Source of the DNA: Malacoraja senta
Lineage: Eukaryota
NCBI GenBank assembly: GCA_038087875.1
Contig: JAXLNO010000478.1
Span: 62,001-126,000, forward strand
Direction: 5' to 3'
DNA: 64,000 nucleotides
In this document: positions 26,001 through 37,859 of the stretch, in pieces
Numbering within the stretch: position 1 is the stretch's first letter
Layout: every line of letters begins with the position of its first letter
The notes under the pieces: model-generated
The model's database searches: none
What the model saw: only the letters and a program-made list of their open reading frames with translations
What the model was told of the DNA's origin: nothing
Made by a program: the position numbers and the translations under genes

Positions 26001-29000
26001 AGTGTGGCCAGTGAGTGAGTGAGTGGTCGGTGAGTGAGTGAGTGTGGCGGGTGAGTGAGTGAGTGATTGAGTAAGTGTGGCCGGTGAGTGAGAGTGATTG
26101 AGTGAGTGTGGCCAGTGAGTGAGTGTGGATGGTGAGTGAATGAGTGAGTGAGTATGGCCGGTGAGTGAGTGAGTGAGTGAGTGAGTGAGTGTGGCCGGTG
26201 AATGAGTGTGGCCAGTGAGTGAGTGTGGCCGGTGAGTGAGTGTGGCCGTTGAGTGAGTGTGGCCAGTGAGTGAGTGAGTGAGTGTGGCCGGTGAGTGAGT
26301 GTGGCCGGTGAGTGAGTGAGTGAGTGTGGCCGATGAGTGTGGCCCATGAGTGAGTGAGTGTGGCCCGTGAGTGAGTGAGTGGCCAGTGAGTGAGTGAGTG
26401 TGGCCGGTGAGTGAGTGAGTGATTGAGTGAGTGTGGCCGGTGAGTGAGTGAGTGATTGAGTGAGTGTGGCCGGTGAGTGAGTGTGGCTCGTGAGTGAATG
26501 AGTGAGTGAGTGTGGCCCGTGAGTGAGTGAGTGAGTGTGGCCCGTGAGAGAGTGAGTGTGGCCCGTGAGTGTGAATGTGGCCCGTGAGTGAGTGAGTGAG
26601 TGAGTGTGGCCGTTGAGTGAGTGAGTGTGGCCGGTGAGTGAGTGAGTGAGTGTGGCCGGTGAGTGAGTGAGTCAGGCCCGTGTGTGAGTGAGTGTGAGTG
26701 AGTGTGGCCCGTGAGTGAGTGAGTGAATGTGGCCCGTGAGTGAGTGTGAGTGTGGCCAGTGAGTGAGTGAGTGTGGCCGGTGTGTGAGTGAGTGTGGCCG
26801 GTGTGTGTGTGAGTGAGTGAATGTGGCCGGTGGGTTGTGTGAGTGTGGCCGGTGAGTGAGTGTGGCCGGTGAGTGAGTGAGTGTGGCCGGTGTGTGTGTG
26901 AGTGAGTGAATGTGGCCGGTGGGTTGTGTGAGTGTGGCCGGTGAGTGAGTGTGGCCGGTGAGTGAGTCAGTGTGGCCGGTGAGTGAGTGAGTCAGTGTGG
27001 CCAGTGAGTGAGTGAGTGTGGCCGGTGAGTGAGTGTGGCCGGTGAGTGAGTGAGTGTGGCCGGTGAGTGAGTGAGTGTGGCCGGTGAGTGAGTGAGTGTG
27101 GCCGGTGAGTGAGTGCGGCCGTTGAGTGTGTGAGTGAGTGTGGCCGGTGAGTGAGTGAGTGAGTGTGGCCGGTGAATGAGTGTGGCTGGTGAGTGAGTGA
27201 GTGTGGCCGGTGAGTGAGTGAGTGAGTGTGGCCGGTGAGTGAGTGTGGCCCGTGAGTGAGTGTGGCCCGTGAGTGAGTGAGTGGCCGGTGAGTGAGTGAG
27301 TGTGGCCGGTGAGTGAGTGAGTGATTGAGTGAGTGTGGCTGGTGAGTGAGTGTGGCCCGTGAGTGAGTAAGTGAGTGTGGCCCGTGAGTGAGTAAGTGAG
27401 TGTGGCCCATGAGTGAGTGTGAGTGTGGCCAGTGAGTGAGTGAGTGAGTGTGGCCGGTGTGTGAGTGAGTGAGTGAATGTGGCCGGTGGTTGAGTGAGTG
27501 TGGCCGGTGAGTGAGTGAGTGAGTGAGTGTGGCCGGTGAGTGAGTGTGGCCAGTGAGTGAGTGAGTGTGGCCGGTGAGTGACTGTGGCCAGTGAGTGAGT
27601 GATTGAGTCAGTGTGGCCAGTGAGTGAGTGAGTGGCCGGTGAGTGAGTGAGTGTGGCCGGTGAGTGAGTGAGTGTGGCCGGTGAGTGAGTGTGGCCAGTG
27701 AGTGAGTGAGTGTGGCCAGTGAGTGAGTGAGTGAGTCAGTGTGGCCAGTGAGTGAGTGAGTGGCCGGTGAGTGAGTGAGTGTGGCCGGTGAGTGAGTGAG
27801 TGTGGCCGGTGAGTGAGTGAGTGAGTGTGGCCGGTGAGTGAGTGTGGCCGGTGTGTGAGTGAGTGTGGCCGGTGAGTGAGTGCGGCCGGTGAGTGAGTGA
27901 GTGTGGCCGGTGAGTGAGTGAGTGTGGCCGGTGAATGAGTGTGGCTGGTGAGTGAGTGAGGCTGGTGAGTGAGTGAGTGTGGCCGGTGAGTGAGTGTGGC
28001 CAGTGAGTGAGTGAGTGTGTCCGGTGAGTGAGTGTGGCCGGTGAGTGAGTGTGGCCGGTGAGTGAGTGAGTGAGTGTGGCCGATGAGTGAGTGTGGCCCG
28101 TGAGTGAGTGAGTGTGGCCGGTGAGTGAGTGCGGCCGTTGAGTGAGTGAGTGAGTGTGGCCGGTGAGTGAGTGAGTGAGTGTGGCCGGTGAATGAGTGTG
28201 GCCGGTGAGTGAGTGAGTGTGGCCGGTGAGTGAGTGAGTGTGGCCAGTGAGTGAGTGTGGCCAGTGAGTGAGTGAGTGTGGCCGGTGAGTGAGTGTGGCC
28301 GGTGAGTGTGAGTGTGGCCGGTGAGTGAGTGTGGCCCGTGAGTGAGTGAGTGTGGCCCGTGAGTGAGTGAGTGAGTGTGGCCGGTGAGTGTGAGTGAGTG
28401 AGTGTGGCAGGTGAGTGTGAGTGTGAGTGATTCAGTGTGGCCTGTGAATGAGTGAGTGAGTGAGTGTGGCCCGTGAGTGAGTGAGTGAGTGTGGCCCGTG
28501 AGTGAGTGAGTGTGGCCGGTGAGTGAGTGAGTGTGGCCGGTGAGTGAGTGAGTGTGGCCGATGAGTGAGTGAGTGAGTGTGGCCCGTGTGTGAGTGAGTG
28601 TGAGTGAGTGTGGCCCGTGAGTGAGTGTGAGTGTGGCCAGTGAGTGAGTGAGTGAGTGTAGCTGGTGTGTGCGAGTGTGGCCCGTGAGTGAGTGTGGCCC
28701 GTGAGTGAGTGTGAGTGTGGCCAGTGAGTGAGTGAGTGAGTGTGGCCGGTGAGTGAGTGAGTGAGTGTGGCCGGTGAGTGAGTGTGGCCGGTGAGTGAGT
28801 GAGTGAGTGTGGCCGGTGAGTGAGTGAGTGAGTGTGGCCGGTGAGTGAGTGTGGCCAGTGAGTGAGTGAGTGTGGCCAGTGAGTGAGTGAGTGGCCGGTG
28901 AGTGAGTGAGTGTGGCCGGTGAGTGAGTGAGTGTGGCCGGTGAGTGAGTGAGTGTGGCCAGTGAGTGAGTGTGGCCGGTGAGTGAGTGAGTGTGGCCGGT

Positions 29001-32000
29001 GAGTGAGTGCGGCCGTTGAGTGAGTGAGTGAGTGTGGCCGGTGAGTGAGTGAGTGTGGCCGGTGAGTGAGTGAGTGTGGCCAGTGAGTGAGTGTGGCCAG
29101 TGAGTGAGTGAGTGTGGCCGGTGAGTGAGTGTGGCCGGTGAGTGAGTGAGTGAGTGTGGCCGGTGAGTGAGTGTGGCCCATGAGTGAGTGAGTGTGGCCC
29201 GTGAGTGAGTGAGTGGCCGGTGAGTGAGTGAGTGTGGCCGGTGAGTGAGTGAGTGATTGAGTAAGTGTGGATGGTGAGTGAGTGGGTGAGTGTGGCCCGT
29301 GTATGAGTGAGTGTGGCCCGTGAGTGAGTGAGTGAGTGTGGCCCAAGAGTGAGTGTGAGTGTGGCCAGTGAGTGAGTGAGTGAGTGTGGCCGGTGTGTGA
29401 GTGAGTGAGTGTGGCCGGTGTGTGAGTGAGTGAGTGAATGTGGCCGCTGGTTGAGTGTGGCCGGTGAGTGAGTGAGTGAGTGTGGCCGGTGAGTGAGTGT
29501 GGCCGGTGAGTGAGTGAGTGAGTGTGGCCGGTGAGTGACTGTGGCCAGTGAGTGAGTGAGTGAGTCAGTGTGGCCAGTGAGTGAGTGAGTGGCCGGTGAG
29601 TGAGTGAGTGTGGCCGGTGAGTGAGTGTGGCCGGTGAGTGGGTGAGTGAGTGTGGCCGGTGAGTGAGTGTGGCCGGTGAGTGAGTGAGTGAGTGTGGCCA
29701 GTGAGTGAGTGAGTGAGTGAGTGTGGCCAGTGAGTGAGTGAGTGGCCGGTGAGTGAGTGCGTGTGGCCGGTGAGTGAGTGAGTGTGGCCGGTGAGTGAGT
29801 GAGTGTGGCCGGTGAGTGAGTGTGGCCGGTGAGTGAGTGTGGCCGGTGAGTGAGTGTGGCCGGTGAGTGAGTGTGGCCGGTGAGTGAGTGAGTGTGGCCG
29901 GTGAGTGAGTGAGTGTGGCCGGTGAGTGAGTGCGGCCGGTGAGTGAGTGAGTGTGGCCGGTGAGTGAGTGAGTGAGTGTGGCCGGTTAATGAGTGTGGCC
30001 GGTGAGTGAGTGAGTGTGGCCGGTGAGTGAGTGAGTGTGGCCGGTGAGCGAGTGTGGCCAGTGAGTGAGTGATTGTGGCCGGTGAGTGAGTGTGGCCGAT
30101 GAGTGAGTGTGGCCCGTGAGTGAGTGAGTGTGGCCCGTGAGTGAGTGAGTGGCCGGTGAGTGAGTGAGTGTGGCTGGTGAGTGAGTGAGTGATTGAGTGA
30201 GTGTGGCCGGTGAGTGAGTGATTGAGTGAGTGTGGCCAGTGAGTGAGTGTGGCTGGTGAGTGAATGAGTGAGTGATTGTGGCCGGTGAGTAAGTGAGTGA
30301 GTGAGTGTGGCCGTTGAATGAGTGTGGCCGGTGAGTGAGTGAGTGTGGCCCGTGAATGAGTGAGTGTGGCTGGTGAGTGAGTGTGGCCAGTGAGTGAGTG
30401 TGGCCGGTGAGTGAGTGTGGCCGGTGAGTGAGTGAGTGAGTGTGGCCGATGAGTGAGTGTGGCCCGTGAGTGAGTGAGTGTGGCCCGTGAGTGAGTGAGT
30501 GGCCGGTGAGTGAGTGAGTGTGGCGTGAGTGAGTGATTGAGTGAGTGTGGCCGGTGAGTGAGTGAGTGATTGAGTGAGTGTGGCCGGTGAGTGAGTGTGG
30601 CTGGTGAGTGAATGAGTGAGTGAGTGTGGCCGGTGAGTGAGTGAGTGAGTGAGTGTGGCCAATGAGTGAGTGAGTGGCCAGTGAGTGAGTGAGTGTTAGC
30701 GGTGAGTGAGTATGTGTGGCCGGTGAGTGAGTGAGTGAGTATGGCCGGTGAGTGAGTGAGGCCGGTGAGTGAGTGAGTGTCGCCGGTGAGTGAGTGCGGC
30801 CGGTGAGTGAGTGTGGATGGTGAGTGAGTGAGTGAGTGTGGCCAGTGAATGAGTGTGGCCGGTGAGTGAGTGAGTGTGGCCGATGAGTGAGTGAGTGTGG
30901 CAGGTGAGTGAGTGTGGCCAGTGAGTGAGTGTGGCCAGTGCGTGAGTGAGTGAGTGTGGCCGGTTAGTGAGTGTGGCCGGTGAGTGAGTGTGGCTGGTGA
31001 GTGAATGAGTGAGTGTGGCCGGTGAGGGAGTGAGTGAGGCTGGTGAGTGATTGAGTGTGGCCGGTGTGTGTGTGTGTAGCCGGTGAGTGAGTGAGTGTGG
31101 CCCGTGAGTGAGTGTGTGGCCGGTGAGTGAGTGAGTGTGGCCGATGTGTGTGAGTGATTGTGGCCTGTGAGTGAGTGTGGCCGGCGAATGAGTGAGTGTG
31201 GCCAGTGAGTGAGTGACTGAGTGAGTGTGGCCAGTGAGTGAGTGACTGAGTGAGTGTGGCCAGTGAATGAGTGAGTGTGGCCGGTGAATGAGTGAGTGTG
31301 GCCGGTGAGTGAGTGAGTGAGTGCGGCTGGTGAGTGAGTGTGGCCAGTGAGTGAGTGAGTGAGGCCGGTGAGTGAGTGAGTGTGGCCTGTGAGAGAGTGA
31401 GTGTGTCCTGTGATTGAGTGAGTGTGGTCGGTGAGTGAGTGAGTGTGGCCGGTGAGTGAGTGTGGCCCGTGAGTGAGTGAGTGTGGCCCGTGAGTGAGTG
31501 AGTGGCCGGTGAGTGAGTGAGTGTGGCCGGTGAATGAGTGTGGCCGGTGAGCGAGTGAGTGTGGCCGGTGAGTGAGTGAGTGTGGCCGGAGAGTGAGTGT
31601 GGCCAGTGAGTGAGTGAGTGAGTGTGGCCGGTGAGTGAGTGTGGCCGGTGAGTGAGTGAGTGAGTGTGGCCGATGAGTGTGGCCCGTGAGTGAGTGAGTG
31701 TGGCCCATGAGTGAGTGAGTGAGTGTGGCCCAAGAGTGAGTGTGAGTGTGGCCAGTGAGTGAGTGAGTGAGTGTGGCCGGTGTGTGAGTGAGTGAGTGTG
31801 GCCGGTGTGTGAGTGAGTGAGTGAATGTGGCCGCTGGTTGAGTGTGGCCGGTGAGTGAGTGAGTGAGTGTGGCCGGTGAGTGAGTGTGGCTGGTGAGTGA
31901 GTGAGTGAGTGTGGCCGGTGAGTGACTGTGGCCAGTGAGTGAGTGAGTGAGTCAGTGTGGCCAGTGAGTGAGTGAGTGGCCGGTGAGTGAGTGAGTGTGG

Positions 32001-35000
32001 CCGGTGAGTGAGTGTGGCCGGTGAGTGGGTGAGTGAGTGTGGCCGGTGAGTGAGTGTGGCCGGTGAGTGAGTGAGTGAGTGTGGCCAGTGAGTGAGTGAG
32101 TGAGTGAGTGTGGCCAGTGAGTGAGTGAGTGGCCGGTGAGTGAGTGCGTGTGGCCGGTGAGTGAGTGAGTGTGGTCGGTGAGTGAGTGTGGCCGGTGAGT
32201 GAGTGTGGCCGGTGAGTGAGTGTGGCCGGTGAGTGAGTGTGGCCGGTGAGTGAGTGAGTGTGGCCGGTGAGTGAGTGAGTGTGGCCGGTGAGTGAGTGAG
32301 TGTGGCCGGTGAGTGAGTGCGGCCGGTGAGTGAGTGAGTGTGGCCGGTGAGTGAGTGAGTGAGTGTGGCCGGTTAATGAGTGTGGCCGGTGAGTGAGTGA
32401 GTGTGGCCGGTGAGTGAGTGAGTGTGGCCGGTGAGCGAGTGTGGCCAGTGAGTGAGTGATTGTGGCCGGTGAGTGAGTGTGGCCGATGAGTGAGTGTGGC
32501 CCGTGAGTGAGTGAGTGTGGCCCGTGAGTGAGTGAGTGGCCGGTGAGTGAGTGAGTGTGGCTGGTGAGTGAGTGAGTGATTGAGTGAGTGTGGCCGGTGA
32601 GTGAGTGATTGAGTGAGTGTGGCCAGTGAGTGAGTGTGGCTGGTGAGTGAATGAGTGAGTGATTGTGGCCGGTGAGTAAGTGAGTGAGTGAGTGTGGCCG
32701 TTGAATGAGTGTGGCCGGTGAGTGAGTGAGTGTGGCCCGTGAATGAGTGAGTGTGGCTGGTGAGTGAGTGTGGCCAGTGAGTGAGTGTGGCCGGTGAGTG
32801 AGTGTGGCCGGTGAGTGAGTGAGTGAGTGTGGCCGATGAGTGAGTGTGGCCCGTGAGTGAGTGAGTGTGGCCCGTGAGTGAGTGAGTGGCCGGTGAGTGA
32901 GTGAGTGTGGCGTGAGTGAGTGATTGAGTGAGTGTGGCCGGTGAGTGAGTGAGTGATTGAGTGAGTGTGGCCGGTGAGTGAGTGTGGCTGGTGAGTGAAT
33001 GAGTGAGTGAGTGTGGCCGGTGAGTGAGTGAGTGAGTGAGTGTGGCCAATGAGTGAGTGAGTGGCCAGTGAGTGAGTGAGTGTTAGCGGTGAGTGAGTAT
33101 GTGTGGCCGGTGAGTGAGTGAGTGAGTATGGCCGGTGAGTGAGTGAGGCCGGTGAGTGAGTGAGTGTGGCCGATGAGTGAGTGAGTGTGGCAGGTGAGTG
33201 AGTGTGGCCGGTGAGTGAGTGTGGCCAGTGCGTGAGTGAGTGAGTGTGGCCGGTTAGTGAGTGTGGCCGGTGAGTGAGTGTGGCTGGTGAGTGATTGAGT
33301 GAGTGTGGCCGGTGAGGGAGTGAGTGAGGCTGGTGAGTGATTGAGTGTGGCCGGTGTGTGTGTGTGTAGCCGGTGAGTGAGTGAGTGAGTGTGGCCCGTG
33401 AGTGAGTGTGTGGCCGGTGAGTGAGTGAGTGTGGCCGATGTGTGTGAGTGATTGTGGCCTGTGAGTGAGTGTGGCCGGCGAATGAGTGAGTGTGGCCAGT
33501 GAGTGAGTGACTGAGTGAGTGTGGCCAGTGAGTGAGTGACTGAGTGAGTGTGGCCAGTGAATGAGTGAGTGTGGCCGGTGAATGAGTGAGTGTGGCCGGT
33601 GAGTGAGTGAGTGAGTGCGGCTGGTGAGTGAGTGTGGCCAGTGAGTGAGTGAGTGAGGCCGGTGAGTGAGTGAGTGTGGCCTGTGAGAGAGTGAGTGTGT
33701 CCTGTGATTGAGTGAGTGTGGTCGGTGAGTGAGTGAGTGTGGCCGGTGAGTGAGTGTGGCCCGTGAGTGAGTGAGTGTGGCCCGTGAGTGAGTGAGTGGC
33801 CGGTGAGTGAGTGAGTGTGGCCGGTGAATGAGTGTGGCCGGTGAGCGAGTGAGTGTGGCCGGTGAGTGAGTGAGTGTGGCCGGAGAGTGAGTGTGGCCAG
33901 TGAGTGAGTGAGTGAGTGTGGCCGGTGAGTGAGTGTGGCCGGTGAGTGAGTGAGTGAGTGTGGCCGATGAGTGTGGCCCGTGAGTGAGTGAGTGTGGCCC
34001 ATGAGTGAGTGAGTGGCCGGTGAGTGAGTGAGTGAGGCCGGTGAGTGAGTGAGTGATTGAGTGAGTGTGGCCGGTGAGTGAGTGAGTGATTGAGTGAGTG
34101 TGGCCGGTGAGTGAGTGTGGCTGGTGAGTGAATGAGTGAGTGAGTGTGGCCCGTGAGTGAGTGAGTGAGTGTGGCCCGTGAGTGATTGATTGTCACCCGT
34201 GAGTGAGTGAGTGTGGCCCGTGAGTGAGTGAGTGAGTGTGGCCGTTGAGTGAGTGTGTGTGGCCGGTGAGTGAGTGAGTGAGTGTGGCCGGTGAGTGAGT
34301 GAGTGTGGCCCATGTGTGAGTGAGTGTGAGTGAGTGTGGCCCGTGAGTGAGTGAGTGAGTGTGGCCCGTGAGTGAGTGTGAGTGTGGCCAGTGAGTGAGT
34401 GAGTGAGTGTGGCCGGTGTGTGAGTGAGTGTGGCCGGTGTGTGAGTGAGTGAGTGAATGTGGCCGGTGGTTGTGTGAGTGTGGCCGGTGAGTGAGTGAGT
34501 GAGTGAGTGTGGCCGGTGAGTGGGTGTGGCCGGTGAGTGAGTGAGTGAGTGTGGCCGGTGAGTGAGTGTGGCCAGTGAGTGAGTGAGTGAGTCAGTGTGG
34601 CCAGTGAGTGAGTGAGTGGTCGGTGAGTGAGTGTGGCCGGTGAGTGAGTGAGTGATTGAGTAAGTGTGGCCGGTGAGTGAGAGTGATTGAGTGAGTGTGG
34701 CCAATGAGTGAGTGTGGCTGGTGAGTGAATGAGTGAGTGAGTGTGGCCGGTGAGTGAGTGAGTGAGTGAGTGAGTGAGTGTGGCCGGTGAATGAGTGTGG
34801 CCGGTGAGTGAGTGAGTGTGGCCGGTGAGTGAGTGTGGCCGTTGAGTGAGTGTGGCCAGTGAGTGAGTGAGTGAGTGTGGCCGGTGAGTGAGTGTGGCCG
34901 GTGAGTGAGTGAGTGAGTGTGGCCGATGAGTGTGGCCCGTGAGTGAGTGAGTGTGGCCCATGAGTGAGTGAGTGGCCGGTGAGTGAGTGAGTGTGGCCGG

Positions 35001-35459
35001 TGAGTGAGTGAGTGATTGAGTGAGTGTGGCCGGTGAGTGAGTGAGTGATTGAGTGAGTGTGGCCGGTGAGTGAGTGTGGCTCGTGAGTGAATGAGTGAGT
35101 GAGTGTGGCCCGTGAGTGAGTGAGTGAGTGTGGCCCGTGAGTGAGTGAGTGTGGCCCATGAGTGAGTGAGTGTGGCCCGTGAGTGAGTGAGTGAGTGAGT
35201 GTGGCCGTTGAGTGAGTGAGTGTGGCCAGTGAGTGAGTGAGTGAGTGTGGCCGGTGAGTGAGTGAGTGAGGCCCGTGTGTGAGTGAGTGTGAGTGAGTGT
35301 GGCCAGTGAGTGAGTGAGTGAGTGTGGCCGGTGAGTGAGTGAGTGAGGCCCGTGTGTGAGTGAGTGTGAGTGAGTGTGGCCCATGAGTGAGTGAGTGAGT
35401 GTGGCCTGTGAGTGAGTGTGAGTGTGGCCAGTGTGTGAGTGAGTGAATGTGGCCGGTGG
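17077..35459. repeat. (GAGT)n-GTGGCCGGT minisatellite, segment 1
   Basis: Continuous repeats of GTGGCCGGT (variants GGCCAGT, GGCCCGT, GGCTGGT) separated by about 2-6 GAGT; units mostly 17, 21 or 25 bp. Confidence 0.97.
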
Positions 35460-35639
35460 CGACATGCTCTGCTAGCAGTCGCAAACTTTTTAGCTCCGCT
35501 GAAAAAATCGCGATTTTTCGCGTTAAAATCGGGTCTGGAGGTCGGGACCGTTTTTAAAAACTTACCGGAGCTTCATGTCGCGGTGCTGATGACGTCATCA
35601 GTAAGCGCCGCGATTTTAACGGAGGGAAAGTCATTTTAA
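35460..35639 (+). promoter_or_regulatory. L1 5' UTR, putative internal promoter
   Basis: CpG-rich segment between the TSD and the ORF1 ATG. It has perfect 16 bp palindromes at 35503-35518 and 35586-35601; the second contains the CRE motif TGACGTCA. Confidence 0.55.
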
Positions 35640-36635
35640 ATGAAAAGTACATCTCCAGGTCAGAGCCCACAGAGGAAAATCTCAAAACATCTGCTGAAGA
35701 CTCTGGAACAGCAAGAAACTTCAGAACTGACCTCTGGAGAGGTCTCTGGAATGGCTACTCGATCTGCAAAAGAGAAAACCGAAATGGAGGACTTAAGAAA
35801 CTCGGTAAGAGATATCAAAAAGGATATGGAAGCTGGGAACAGTAAATTGATAGCCGGTAATGACAAAATACTTGAGGGTATTGAGGCTCTCCAAAAAAGA
35901 ATTGAAGGTGTGGAAAAAGGACTATCGATAAAAATTGAAAAGGTGGCAGAAGAGACCACAAAGATGTTTGAGGCTGTGCACGAAACTGTGGCTGCAAATG
36001 CATCTGCAGTGAATGATTTGGAAGCTGTTGTGGAAGTGATGGCTGGAGAGATGCAGACTATGAAGTCAGAAATAGATAGTCTCAAGAACCAAGTCACAAA
36101 GGTTTCGAATAAATGTGTTGACCTAGAAGCTCGCTCAAGACGCCAAAATATAAGAATACGGGGTGTAAAAGAGGGAGCCGAGGGGGACAATGTTTGTGAG
36201 TTCGCTGCCAACCTAATTAAACACGTACTGAAGCTACCAGAAGCACCTGTAATTGAAGTAGCACATCGACTCCCCAGATTTAAATCAAGATCTCAAGGAG
36301 AACGTGCCTACCCACGACAGATCATAATTAAACTTCGGGATATCTCAACAATGGAAGCGCTGATGAAAAAAATCAACCACGGAGAGAAGATGATGTACAG
36401 AGGTGATACTATTAAACTCCTACGGGACTACCCTTATGAGATTGAGCAAAAGAGAAGAAAGTTCTCACAGACCAGAGAAGTTCTTTATGGTGTTAAGGGA
36501 GTTTTATGTGGAGTGTTTTACCCGGCTAGAATGCGTATCACCTTTGAGGGAGTGTCAAAAACATTCACTAATTCGGATGAATCTCTCAAATACGCTCAAG
36601 AAATCGCGACTAAGGCTGCATCAACTGGAGACTGA
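35640..36635 (+). CDS. ORF1: L1 ORF1p (coiled coil, RRM and C-terminal domain; RNA chaperone)
   Basis: 331 aa open frame with a heptad-rich N-terminal half, the typical L1 ORF1 motifs DLEARSRRQNIRIRGVKEG and AHR, and FYPARMRITFEG near the C-terminus. Confidence 0.92.
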   Translation: MKSTSPGQSPQRKISKHLLKTLEQQETSELTSGEVSGMATRSAKEKTEMEDLRNSVRDIKKDMEAGNSKLIAGNDKILEGIEALQKRIEGVEKGLSIKIEKVAEETTKMFEAVHETVAANASAVNDLEAVVEVMAGEMQTMKSEIDSLKNQVTKVSNKCVDLEARSRRQNIRIRGVKEGAEGDNVCEFAANLIKHVLKLPEAPVIEVAHRLPRFKSRSQGERAYPRQIIIKLRDISTMEALMKKINHGEKMMYRGDTIKLLRDYPYEIEQKRRKFSQTREVLYGVKGVLCGVFYPARMRITFEGVSKTFTNSDESLKYAQEIATKAASTGD

Positions 36636-36917
36636 AAACCAAGACGACATGAACAAACGAACTTGCTTATTCTTCCAACAAGAATATCACAAGGAAAGTG
36701 AATTAACTGAACACTGATTTTTTATTTTTTATTTGACTTCAAGCAACAGATTCTTAGTGAGACGTGGCTAGACATTATTATCTTCGCTGGAACATTGTGC
36801 TATGTAATTCAAGGACACTACGTGCTCAAACGAGGAAAACCTGATAACGGGACGAACTGCTGGGCTGAGAGTGAAAAACATCACATGGCTTATATTGTTT
36901 ATAAAAAACTGAAAAAA

Positions 36918-37456
36918 CTGAGAACTAATAATAATTAACAATTAACAATACTAATATAGAAATAGCAATTGAAATAGATAAAAAATGTGCAGTCTGCTCT
37001 GTTTAGCAGATAACAGCAAGTGCTATGCAGCTCGAGAGTGGAGGGAGGGGGAGACCGGGTACCTGGCATAACTCCAGGAGCCAGACTCCCGTTAACCCTT
37101 CCAGCGAACAGCTCATTTTTAACAATATTAAAATCAATTTAAAATAGTTAAGAGATAATATACACTCGAGGTTGATATGAAAAATATATACGGCTTATAT
37201 AGTTTTACAAAATGCTGAGAATTAATCATAATTAATAATTAACAATACTAATATAGAAATAATATTTGAAACTGATAAAACTGTGGTGCCTGCGTCATAA
37301 CGCAGACAGCAGTTATCACCTATGTTCGCAGCTCGTGGAGAGGAGAGGAGATCAGGCACCTGGCACAATTCCAGGAACCTGACTCCGGTTAATCCACTCA
37401 GTAAACCGCTCACTTTAACAATACTAAATTCATTTTAAAATAGTTAAGAGATAAAG
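36918..37456 (+). repeat. Diverged ~297 bp tandem duplication in the L1 inter-ORF spacer
   Basis: CTGAGAA.TAAT.ATAATTAA at 36918 and 37215; both copies share AACAATACTAATATAGAAATA, CCTGGCA.AA.TCCAGGA and TTTAAAATAGTTAAGAGATAA. Confidence 0.88.
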
Positions 37457-37610
37457 AGTGAGTAGGATATGGAATCGAATACATTTGACATATATATAAA
37501 TTGTAACTGGGTGAAATAGAACTGAATTGGAAACGGTAATGACCCCATAGATTTTGGGTAATAAATACAGCGGGGCTAACTTTATACCAACTACGCCGGA
37601 AGCGTTATGG

Positions 37611-37859
37611 ATGTCGTACCCCACAGACGAGTGGGCCACTCACTACGGTGTTGAAATTTTAGACACCGTAATTTTATTTGATTTATATATATTTTTTTTA
37701 ATCACAATATGTCACATCTGTGTGTTTTTTCTTCAAGGACAATCGCGCAGGAGAACTACCAAGGAAGTCTATAATAGAAATACTCCCAAAATAACCAGAG
37801 TCCGGAGGTATGAACGCACCACAATAATTAAGGTCATTAAAATTGGTAAAAATGCATGA
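37611..37859 (+). CDS. Putative 82 aa single-pass membrane protein in the L1 inter-ORF region; stop codon overlaps the ORF2 start
   Basis: ATG at 37611; acidic N-terminus, hydrophobic stretch VILFDLYIFFLITICHICVFFL, Arg/Lys-rich tail; ends in an ATGcaTGA overlap with ORF2. No homologue recognised. Confidence 0.35.
   Translation: MSYPTDEWATHYGVEILDTVILFDLYIFFLITICHICVFFLQGQSRRRTTKEVYNRNTPKITRVRRYERTTIIKVIKIGKNA

Noticed and set aside
17054..35484. Very long minus-strand His/Thr/Ser/Leu ORFs (up to 1506 aa)
   Set aside because: (ACTC)n has no stop codon in any frame; overlapping ORFs occur in all three frames and unit lengths are mostly not multiples of 3.
35586..35601. CTGATGA as a hammerhead core in the L1 5' UTR
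   Set aside because: No stem II followed by GAAA; it is explained by the palindrome.
35439..35639. 66 aa ORF ending just before L1 ORF1
   Set aside because: It starts at a GTG within satellite sequence outside the element.
35660..36211. 183 aa antisense ORF within L1 ORF1
   Set aside because: Shadow frame of a coding sequence with no independent features.
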